Source: Eledone cirrhosa
Lineage: Eukaryota
DNA: 64,000 bases
Direction: 5' to 3'
Assembly: GCA_964016885.1 (NCBI GenBank)
Contig: OZ024740.1
Location: 276,272,001 to 276,336,000, forward strand
Below, in pieces: positions 53,122 to 64,000 of the stretch. The position numbers and the translations under genes are program-made. Every line of letters begins with the position of its first letter. Within the stretch, counting starts at the first letter, position 1. Below the pieces are notes generated by a model. It saw only the letters and a list, made by a program, of their open reading frames with translations, was not told the origin of the DNA and did no database searches.

Positions 53122-54533
53122 AGCAATAGTAATAACAATAATAATAATAATAATGGTGGTGATAAGGACGATGAAAATTTATAGTAAAATTAATAGCGAT
53201 ATCTTGCAATAGTTATATGAAAAATATTGCAGATAAGGAAAACACTGATGGTAATGTTGATGATGAAAATGATGATGATAATGTTGATAATAATGAGGAT
53301 AATGTTGATAATAATGAGGATGATGTTGATAATAATGAGGATGATGTTGATAATAATGAGGATGATGTTAGTGATGCAGTTGATGCTGCTGCTGCTGATG
53401 ATGGTGATGATGAAGGTTATGGCGAGGGTAAGTAGTAAATAGTAAAAGCAATAGCAATAACCAACAACTTGATGGTGCACCTACCTAATGATAATGATAA
53501 TGATGATGATGATGTTGTTAGTGATGCTGCTGATGGTGATGGTGATGATGAAGGTGATGGCGGGGGGGGGGGTAAGTAGTAAATAGTAAAAGCAATAGCA
53601 ATAACCAACAACTTGATGGTGCACCTACCTGATGATAATGATAATGATGATGATGATGATGTTGTTAGTGATGCTGGTGATGGTGATGGTGATGATGGTG
53701 ATGATGGTGATGATGATGATGAAGGTGATGGCGGTGGGGGGGGGTACGTAGTAAATAGTAAAAGCAATAGCAATAACCAACAACTTAATGGTGCACCTAC
53801 CTGATAATGATGATGATGATGATGATGGTCATCATGATGATGGTGATAATGATGACAATGGCGATGATGATGGCAATGGTGATGATGATGATGATGGATT
53901 GTGATAGCGATAATGATGACAAGGGTCATTGTAAAAGTAATAGCAATAACTAACACATCAGTTCACTGATTATTATTATTATTATGATGATGGTGATGAT
54001 GATGGTGATGATAGTGATGTTGATGGTGATGATAGTGATGGTGATGATGGTGATGATGGTGATGGTGATGATGGTGATGATGGTGATGATAGTGATGTTG
54101 ATGATGGTGATGATAGTGATGTTGATGATGGTGATGGTAGTGATGATGGTGATGATAGTGATGTTGATGATGGTGGTGATAGTGATGTTGATGATGGTGA
54201 TGGTGTTATGGTGATAATGAGCTTAATAACATCAAGACGAGTAAACAGCAAGCCCCATAATAATAATAAGAATAGCAATGGTGACAATGTGTGTGTGTGG
54301 GGGCGTAAGAGCCATAATAATAATGGTGATGATGATGATGATGATAAGAATAATGATGATGATGATGATGATAATAGTCCTGGAAAGCACAGCAATAAGA
54401 ATATTGATGGCTACTGTGGCAATAATGTTGTTGTTGTTTCTGTAGTTGGTGATAATAATAGTAACAGTAACAACAGTAGTAGCTGTAGTAGTAGTAGTAG
54501 TAGTAGAATTAGTAGTAATGGTGGTGATAGTGT

Positions 54534-54565
<32 letters not shown>

Positions 54566-54673
54566 TTACTACTACTACTACTACTACCACTACTACTACT
54601 ATGAGTACCACTACTACTACTACTACTGGTACCACCATCACCACCACTACTACTACTACTACTGGTACCACCA

Positions 54674-54715
<42 letters not shown>

Positions 54716-55387
54716 GTACCACCACCACCACCGCTGCTACTACTACTACTACTGCCACCACCACCACCAGTACTACTACTACTACTATTAATGATAACAA
54801 TAATAATAATGCAATAATAATAATAATAATAATAGAAACGATCTTGATAACAATAGTAATAATCATATATGTGTATAAGTAGCAATAACAGTAAAATTTA
54901 TAGCATTGATAGCGAGAAGAGTATCAATGCTGGATGATAGGCTCAATGTGTTAGTAGCTGTAGTGGCGTTTGTTAGTAGAATTTGTACAAGAAGGTATGA
55001 GGGTGATGGTAATGGTGGTCTGGAGTAGTGGTATGGTGTGGTGGTGGGTCTTTGGAGGAGAGAAAATAGGTTTCTGTCTGGTCGGATGATTTGTACTGTT
55101 TCCTGGAGGGCTAGGAGAAGTTGGACATCTTGGATATGTTCTTATATTTCATTATAATCCTGGATTTAAGATCAATAATTTCTCCTCTCCACTAATACCA
55201 TTGCCGTCACCACCACAACCACCCTCACCAGTCTCGCTACCACTACCACAGCAATTACTAACACTCTTACCACCATCGCTACTATCAGTATAACCACTCT
55301 CTATTATCACTATCACAAGAACAGCCTCAGTAACAAAACCAGCTACTACTACTACTACTTGTAGTAACTACTACTACTACTACTACT

Positions 55388-55435
<48 letters not shown>

Positions 55436-55610
55436 GTACTACTACCATTGCCTCTACTACTACTACTACAACGAACACCACTACTACTACTAAAGAACAC
55501 CAAATACCAATGCCTAATATACCAAGCAACATGGCTATGTTAAACCTCACTACAAACGCTACTACAACTACTACTACTACTACTACTACTACATATTATT
55601 AATAATAATA
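52540..55610. repeat. mixed triplet microsatellite field (GAT, AAC, AAT, AGT/ACT, CTAA)
   Basis: Includes three tandem ~150-190-bp units at 53427-53810. Confidence 0.9.
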
Positions 55611-57362
55611 ATAACTTTGCCTTTCATCCTTACGGGGTCGATAAAATAAAGTACCAGTAATGTACTGGGTAATTGCTGGCCTTGTGCCTAAAGTAGAAAC
55701 AATTATTAATAATAATAATACCCATATTTTAGGGGAGGGTAAACATCAATGAAACTGATCTCAGTACTTGACTGGTACTTATTCTTTCTAGCTCTAATAG
55801 TTGAAAGTCAAAGTTGAACTCCTGGCAGAATTTGAACTGAAAATATCATGGGAAATAAACTAAGCACCTGCAATTCATTTTCCCTGGCACTCTGCTGATT
55901 CTGCAATCTAGAATAACAATACTAACAGCATCATTAGCATGACTATAAATCACCCTCCTTACCAACACCACATAAACCAAAAAGAAAAAAAACACATTTG
56001 GTGTATAAATAATATATTAGATTTATCTTGCCTAGGTGCCCCGCATATCTTTCTTCCAAGAAAAACACACAATACTATGTTAAAATTCTTTTGCTGAGTC
56101 AAATGTTAGTTTGTGTTAATAGTTGTTCATGTGTACTGTGAACTGAAATGTAATTCTTCATAGCCACTTTTCCAAGTTAGCATGGGTTAGACAAGATGGT
56201 TTGAGAAAATGTTTTACAGCCAGATGCCTTTTTGATGCAGACCCTTTTTCAGTTGCCTCTTACAAAATGTAGTTACGGTGTTCCTATTTTAATAACCAGT
56301 TTACATGGACATACATATGTATCATCATCATCATCATCATCATTGTTTAACGTCTTCTTCCACGCTAGCATGGGTTAGACGGGAGTTGTCCTACTTGAGG
56401 CAAGATTGGTCGGGTGACCGTGTCTCGCTCGTATAGGACTATCTGGCAGGTTTTCTATGGTTGGATGCCCTTCCTAACACCAACCACATTACAGCATGGA
56501 CTGGGAGCTTTTTACTATGTTACCTACACGACCACATTACAGTGTGGACTGTGTGGTTTTTTTTTGTCGTTTATATATAAAATCATCATCATCATCTAAT
56601 GTCCATTCTCCCTGATAGCAAGGGTTAGATGGGTTGTCACAGATCAAGTCAGTACTGAAGTGGAGCTACAGATGTCTAATGGGGGCTACATATCACAAAT
56701 TGTCCTGCTCTCTACTGAGTGCATTGTATTGTGGTACGAGAACTAGGAAGGTTGATATGATTTTAGTACAGCTGAAGACTCCTCCCAACATTTTGTTCGG
56801 CAGGTTTTCTGTCGTTGGATACCTTTCTTATCACCAATCACTTTACAGTGTGTTCTGGGTGCATTTATTGTGTCACCAACAGTAGAGAGATTGTCGTGCC
56901 CTTAACACAGCTGAAGAGTCCTCTCAACCCTTTAGCAGTTACATTACTCTATATTTACTATTATATTTTTTGTGGTAAAGGCTTTATCTCACATAATATC
57001 AAATCTATGAGATTTTGTTATTATTTATTTTGAGAACAATACCTTAACATAAGTATGAGAGGCTGGTTACAGCCAGTTTGAACTGGAAGAGGTGAGAGAA
57101 TTCTGGCTGGAGTTCTGGCCGGTTTAAATGCTAAAGAGTTAATCAAGAAATGTCTCACTGCAATATAACATTGTATGTGTGTGTGTAAATAGACCAATAA
57201 GTGTCAGTTACTTGCAATACAAGTTTCACCTGTTGGTTGATCACGATTGCAATTGAAGTATAGAGATCTGTATCAGATTATGTTTTCAAACTGGATTACA
57301 TATACTACCATATTTTTTTAACTTCCTCATATATATACATATATATATATATAAATAAATAC

Positions 57363-57399
<37 letters not shown>

Positions 57400-57707
57400 A
57401 CCCATGCTAGCGTGGAAAATGGACGTTAAACGAAGATGATGATGATGATATGTGTGTGTATCATCATCATCGTTTAACGTCCATCTTCCACGCTTGCATG
57501 GGTTTGGACGGGAATTTTCCCACTTGAGGCAAGATTGGTTGTCTTGCTTGTATAGGACTGTCTGGCGGGTTTTCTACAGCTGGATGCCCTTCCTAACACC
57601 AACCATGTTTACAGTGTGGACTGGGAGGTTTTTACTGTGTTACCTACACGGCCACATTACAGCATGAACTGTGGTGTTTTATAAATATATATATATGTGT
57701 GTGTGTG

Positions 57708-57770
<63 letters not shown>

Positions 57771-58812
57771 CATGTATATATATATATGTATATATGTATA
57801 AATATATATATACATGTGTGTGTGTGTGTATATATATATAAATAAATACATGTATATATATACATGTGTGTGTATATATTTATATGTATACAGGCATACA
57901 TACACATATAAGTCATGAATGGAAAAATATGTAATGTAAAGTTGTGTAGTAAGTAGTAATACAATTTTTAGGTTTGACATTTAGCTTCTCTTGGCTGAAA
58001 TTAGTCAACTTTTAACTACAGACGTTTCTTTTGCAATAAGAAGTGTTCTATTTTAAGTTCTCCATTGATATTTCTGGAGTCTGCCACTTATGGTGTTTGT
58101 GTACTGTTGACACGTTTCCTTTTTTCAAGCTCTTGTAAACTGTTACATAACATGCAAAAGAAAAAAAACAAAACATAAAATAGAAATAACAAAATCTAAA
58201 AAAAAAAATAATGAAACATATATATATATATATATATAGGAATAGTAGTATTACCGTATTATTGTTTTAAAATATTCATTACTTTTATTTCTATTCTTTT
58301 AATGGTTTCAGTTATAGACTGAGGCCATGCTGGGGCACTGCGTTGTTTGTTTTTAAAGTCAGGTAGTTTTTGTTGAACTGTTAAGTTACAAGGCATAAAC
58401 TCAGACACAGATAAATGTAAATACAGACATGAACACAAACACACACACACACAAATATATATCAATCACAAAACTTGTGTCACACATGAATAAACATAAT
58501 ATTTTGACACCTCGTTCCTCCTCATTATTATTGATTGGCAGTATCGGTAGAGGGTCGGACGCCATGCTTTCCAGCATAGTTACGTCCCTTTATGATCTGA
58601 GTTCAAATCCCGCCGAGGTTGACTTTGCCTTTCATCCTTACAGGGTCGATAAAATAAAGTACCAGTAATGCACTGGGTAATTGCTGGCCTTGTGCCTAAA
58701 GTAGAAACAATTATTATTGACTTTGCCTTTCATCCTTACGGGGTCGATAAAATAAAGTAATGCACTGGGTAATTGCTGGCCTTGTGCCTAAAGTAGAAAC
58801 AATTATTATTAC

Positions 58813-58868
<56 letters not shown>

Positions 58869-58890
58869 TTATTTAACTATTATGCAATAT

Positions 58891-58948
58891 ACACCTGATG
58901 ATGTCACCGGGATTTTACGTAAACTGGCCACTGAAATGTACATAGGGT
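58891..58948 (+). ncRNA. degenerate hammerhead
   Basis: CUGAUGA...CCGG...CUGG...GAAA UGUAC AUA with palindromic AUGUACAU. Stems I and II imperfect. Island lies between (TA)n tracts. Confidence 0.5.
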
Positions 58949-59009
58949 TTGGTGAAATAAATCTTTGAAGGAATCATACCAGTCTGGCCTCCTGTCATTT
59001 TACTCAATA

Positions 59010-59106
<97 letters not shown>

Positions 59107-59409
59107 CTAGGGCGGGTAAAATTCCCGAGATCCATGGACGAGTTCTCTCCAGCGGTCTCTGTCCCTCATTATCGCTGCCATGTCCTGCGTCTCCAACAGA
59201 CCAGTGTCTGTCCTTAGGGCTTCAACATACGTTAACCTTGGTCTTCCTCTTCCAGTGTGTCCATGTAGTATATATGATGTGGTAATAGTTTGGTAAAGAT
59301 ATCTAAGGTGTAGAGCAACTCAAGTCCTATGACTGAGTTTTAATATGATTATTAATAGTTAATAATGCCAGTTACTACAACAGTGCCATACCAAGAGACA
59401 CCCAGTTAT

Positions 59410-59558
59410 TTCAATTTCCATCGACCAAATTCCAGTCAAAAGGCTTTAGTCAACCTGAGACTTTAATAGAGGATATTTGCCCAAGGTGTCAACGCAAAAG
59501 GACTGAACCCAGAACCACATGGCTGCAAAGTGAACCCCTTAACCACACAGCCATGCTT
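59410..59558 (-). mobile_element. tRNA-derived SINE family C (degenerate plus-strand copy ~61590-61765)
   Basis: GCATGGCTGTGTGGTTAAG...GGGTTCAGTCC...ACCTTGGGCAA. Confidence 0.65.
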
Positions 59559-60384
59559 TCACCTTATTACTTTTATTTATTTATTATAATTACTATTGAA
59601 GAGTAGCTAATTACCTTCTTGACAAAGTACTTGTGACGTACTTGTGTTCTTTACTTGGGCTCTTGTACTCTCTTGTTCTTGCTTCATGAGTGTTCATTTT
59701 AGAAAATTTCATAACTTTATGAATCAGATTTGCACACAATAAATAAATAAATAAATATATAACAATATGAATAAATGAAAAATAAATATATAAAAAATAA
59801 ATAAATATAAATAAGAAATAAAAAAATAAAAAATAAATATAAATAAAAAATCTAAAAAAAATAAGTAAATAAATAATTAAATGCTAATTTATAATAAATA
59901 CATGAATGAATATTTAGCAAACTGTTCTTGCATCATCATAAACAAATGACATCAATTAAAGATGGTGTATTGTTGCATTATTCAGTTTCTGGTTACAAAA
60001 TCTTGAAAAGTAAATAAATAAATAAATAAATATATAAAATGCCCCCTTCCCTTCACTGTCTCCTCCTCCTCCTCCTCCTCCTCCTCCTCCATACTCCTTA
60101 AAAGAAGAACATTTAGAATTCTATATAAAGTAAAGAACATGAGAGATCTAGTTGTATAAAAATGGTCGTGAAAAATTTAGTGTCGTATTGTTGTTGTTTT
60201 ATAGTTGTTGGTGGTGGTGGTGGCGGCAATGATTGTAGTTGAGGTTGTATTTGAGGTTTAGGATGTGATAAATTCAATGTGGGTGTCAGATATATTCTGA
60301 AATAGCAGAAGAAAACTAAGGAAGAGGAAGAGCAGTAAAAGTGCAAGCCTCAGCTTGAGTTTTAAATTTATTTTGCTCTTTAGA

Positions 60385-61032
60385 TCAGACATCATGCTTT
60401 GCAGCATAGAGTTACGGCCTTTTATGGTCTGAGTTCAAATCCCACCAAGATTAATTTTGCCTTTCATCCTTACAGGGTCGATTAAATAAAGTACCAGCAA
60501 TGCACTGGGGTAATTGCTAGCCTTGTGCCAAAAGTGGATTGGTAGTATCGGTACAGAGTCGGGCAGCATGCTTTGCAGCATAAAGTTATGGTCCTTTACA
60601 GTCTGAGTTCAAATCCTGCTGAGGTTAACTTTGCCTTTCACCCTTACGGGGTTGGTAAAATAAAGTACCAGTAATGAACTGGGGTCGATTTAATCGACTC
60701 TCCCCTCCTCCTCATATTACTGGCCTTGTGCCTATATTAGAAATCATAGAATCGGTAGAGCGTCAGACACCATGCTTTCTAGCATAGTTATGTCCCTTTA
60801 CAGTCTGAGTTCAAATCCCGCCGAGGTTAACTTTGCCTTTCATCCTTACGGGGTCGATAAAATAAAGTACCAGTAATGTATTGGGTAATTGCTGGCCTTG
60901 TGCCTAAAGTAGAGACAATTATTATTATTACCGAGGTTAACTTTGCCTTTTATCCTTACGGGGTCGATAAAATAAAGTACCAGTAATGCGCTGGGTAATT
61001 GCTGGCCTTGTGCCAAAAAGTAGAAACTATTA
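60385..61032 (+). mobile_element. head-to-tail cluster of four SINE A copies
   Basis: The core motif is repeated four times in the same orientation. Confidence 0.85.
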
Positions 61033-61751
61033 TCATTACTAGTAGTAGTAGTAGTAGTATCTTGATATGAATTTAAAAAAAAAAAAAAAAAAAAAAACGA
61101 AACCAAGAAGCAAGGCTGCAGGTGTGGGTTTAAAAAAAAATTAAAATTTACGAGCATCTAACCTTATTTGCCAACTGTTTCCTCTTACACTGTTTAAAAA
61201 TGCACCAACATAAATGATGATGCCAGTAATAATGATGATGAGGGTGATGAAGGAGATTTTTAAAGATGATTTATGATTTTTTTTTTTGTATGTGTATGTG
61301 TGTGTAAATTTGTTATTACATAGAATGTAATCTAATCCTTTATAGAACATATTTTTACTGAACACTTACTCACCTGCTCCATTTGGCTTAATCATTCATA
61401 TGAAGTAACACTATTATATCACACATTCCTTAGCCATCATTAATAATTGCTTGTAAAAAAGAAAATGAAACAAACACACCCTCCATGAACAGCAGCCATG
61501 AACATAAAAAAGTGTGTTTATTTTTTAAATTTATTTCTCACCTGAGTGACATCACTTGATAGAATATCAATTACCATGTGACTAGACATCGGTATGGTAG
61601 ATTCTTTAAGATGTTCACTTCACAACCACCACATAGTTTTGGGTTCTATCCTGTGGTATGCCACTTTAGGCAAGTATCGTCTACTATAGCATCATGCTAA
61701 TCTGTGCCTTTTTCAGAGAATTTGATAAACAGAAACTGTACAGAAGGCCAT

Positions 61752-61822
<71 letters not shown>

Positions 61823-61967
61823 CTTAAAAGTATATGGTACACAAAACGTTAGCATCAACAGTTTTCCAAGAGATGGCAACATGAATGGACCTGTTATTTT
61901 TCTCTAAAAATATTTTTTTCCAAATCCGTCCTGCCCGTCCTTTCAATCTTTCTAATTTCTCATTCTA

Positions 61968-62003
61968 TCTTCTGATGAAGAACTAGTGTCTGAAACGTTA
62001 AGA
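61968..62003 (+). ncRNA. minimal hammerhead ribozyme (family H4)
   Basis: UCUU CUGAUGA A GAAC UAGU GUCU GAAA C GUU AAGA, with palindromic AACGUU. Confidence 0.72.
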
Positions 62004-63278
62004 CCCTCTTCCTGCTATTTCAAGCGTTAAACTAATATATTCCTTCCATATACTGTACTGTTTTTGTTGTTATTTCTGTTTACCTTTTACATATATATGT
62101 ATATATACACACATATATATAAATGTCTTGTGTATCCCAGTTTTTAGAAGCAGTGCACTATATTCTTGTGTGTCAAAATAGGGATGACATCAGGAAGGAC
62201 AGCTGATGGTAAAACATTGCTTCAAACCATCCTACCCAACCCATGCCTGCATGGAAAGTTGGATGTAAAGATGATGATGATAATCATCATGATATGTGTG
62301 GGAATGCATGCACACGTATTTGTATGTTTGCTTGTCAGAGATCTCCCCTCCCATTCCCCACTCTTCACCTGATATATCTCTCCAGTCATGGCACACACCC
62401 ATGACATACACCCACACTCCATCCATGTTTATAGGTTAGAGTGGGCTCTTTATTTGAGTCAATGACAGACAACTGCTCTAGTGTTGGTACCACAAAATGC
62501 ATCTATTACACTATGTAAGGTGGTGGGCGATAAGAAGAGCAACCCACTGTAGAAACATTGTCAAAGGGTCAAATGGATTATCTAGTTGAGGCACAACAAC
62601 CTCTCTAGACTTGGTTTACTACATGATAAACACACCCAGTTCACACTGTAAAATGATTGGTGATAAGAAGGGCATCCAGTCATAGAGAACATGGCAAAGA
62701 AAGGGTTAGGAGGATTCTTCAGTTGTGCCATAGACATGACAACCTCCTTGGTGTTGGTAATCTACAGGATAAATGTTCCCAGTACATGCTGTAAAGTAGG
62801 TAGTGATAGAAAGGGCATCCAGTCATATAAAACCTGCCGAACAAAAGGTTGGGAGGACTCTTTAGTTTTGTCAAGGACATAGTTTCTCTAGAGTATGTGT
62901 TATGATAAAATGCACTCGGTAGGGCATGGGATCGTATGTTGGGCCCATGTTCCATGAGGAGGTCAGTGGCTCCACTTGAATACTGATTTGGTCTGTGATG
63001 ACGTGCTCGACCGTTGCTAGCAGAGAAATTGTAAGCTAAACAATAATGATAATGATGATGATTTACCAGTAATACAATGTGGTTAATTCAATCACTCAAA
63101 TCCTAATCTCAGTGCCTCCAAAAAATGTTATATATACTTGTGTGTGTATCATCATCATCATCAGCATATATATATATATAGTTGTAATATATGGAAGGTA
63201 ATATCCGTAGTGGTAGAGCGCTCAGTCCATGGGACGAGTTAGGTAGAAGGGGTTACACGATAGTTAGTTCACCATACT

Positions 63279-63314
63279 GAGAACAATTGTTTCACCTTAG
63301 CGGATCCTCAGCTC
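63279..63314 (-). ncRNA. minimal hammerhead ribozyme in PLE 3' region
   Basis: GAG CUGAGGA U CC GCUAA GG U GAAA CAAUU GUU CUC. Stem I GAG/CUC, palindromic stem III AACAAUUGUU, weak stem II. Confidence 0.7.
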
Positions 63315-63483
63315 GTAATGGATATGGTTATACGGAACAGGAAGGAGAACCGTATGAACGTGCATGAGCAGAAATGTTCACTTCACATAGGCAATACTAA
63401 ATTGCGTGCGAGAGGTGTAAGGGAGATAACTGCGAAAGCCCGAACATTTCTAGTTGATAAAAAAATTAGGATGTTGTTGTAAT

Positions 63484-63933
63484 TCAATCCGGAGCTTTGT
63501 AGTTATGTAAGAGGTGTTACCAGACATGTGGACAACGTGTGAATAATTCATTTCTCGAGTTTAGGCAATCACTATTGTGTAATCTCTTTAGAATATTTAT
63601 TTGTTCATCAATACATAGTCCACAGGACAGATTGCCCCTTGTGTATGGCTTGGACTTATTGATGGCTTTCCATTGAATGGAGTAGTCTATACTTCAGTCC
63701 TTGAGGGACCATACGTGGCTCGCGAGTTTCGTGGATGAACGTCTGTCCGGGTACCTAATGGTCGAGTGGTGGTTCAGGAAGTATTCCTTAAATCGGCCCT
63801 CCGCCATACCCACATAGGATTTGACCTGTGGTTGATTTGGTCGGTTGGAAGTGACCACAGCTTCATAAACTACAGCAGGTGTGTTGCATTGCTGTTGAAG
63901 GGGACAAGCTTCGGGCTTACGACAAGAGCACCT
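63484..63933 (-). pseudogene. Penelope-like element GIY-YIG endonuclease domain (Naiad-like), degenerate
   Basis: Hand translation: RCSCRKPEACPLQQQCNTPAVVYEAVV...KSYVGMAEGRFKEYFLNHHSTIRYP...TKLASHVWSLKD*SIDYSIQWKAI...CGLCIDEQ...LNSRNELFTRCPH. Shows a Cys-rich linker, VVY/YVG (GIY-YIG), CxxC and LNxRxE motifs. Premature stops at 63694 and 63517. Confidence 0.88.
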
Positions 63934-64000
63934 GGTGGAGTGTTGTTGTTAGAGCTGTTGGTGATGTGGGCCTTCGTGTTCTTAGTGCAGGAGGATCCTA

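Larger units (their letters stand above)
63181..64000 (-). mobile_element. 3' part of a Penelope-like retroelement (endonuclease + pLTR/3'UTR with HHR), ending at (TA)n
   Basis: GIY-YIG remnant, then ~300 nt containing an HHR, then a (TA)n tract. Continues past the window edge. Confidence 0.85.

Noticed and set aside
53427-53810. CRISPR-like repeat-spacer pattern
   Set aside because: Eukaryotic context, spacers are microsatellite, and there are no cas genes.
55388-55435. (CTAA)n as telomeric repeat
   Set aside because: A tetranucleotide derived from the adjacent (CTA)n, not TTAGGG or TTAGG.
63694-63696. In-frame TGA in the PLE endonuclease as selenocysteine (some Naiad elements are reported to encode selenoproteins)
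   Set aside because: It is not at a conserved Cys position (LKD*SID), is plausibly CGA>TGA decay, and a second premature TAA is present. No SECIS identified by eye.

Overview
This is AT-rich, microsatellite-dense animal DNA. The SINE/RTE repertoire and (TA)n density suggest an octopus-type cephalopod (inference). The only clear host coding sequence is missing from the ORF track: the first coding exon of Mef2 (25140-25193, MGRKKIQISRIGDERNRQ|GT). I found no next MADS-box exon, so the remaining ~39 kb is probably one intron. It is filled with tRNA-derived SINEs, RTE and CR1-type LINE fragments, DNA-transposon MITEs, simple repeats and a ~9.5-kb triplet-built minisatellite that produces the spurious giant ORFs. 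The most interesting signal is a set of about 15 minimal hammerhead ribozyme (HHR) motifs on both strands, intact to degenerate, from several unrelated sequence families. They lie in short non-coding elements embedded in (TA)n tracts. Many are fold-back palindromes in which only one arm carries a 3' tail. One HHR sits directly downstream of a Penelope-like GIY-YIG endonuclease remnant (63.3-64 kb), linking the system to Penelope-like retroelements. All structures were read and folded by eye, and coordinates may be off by a few bases.
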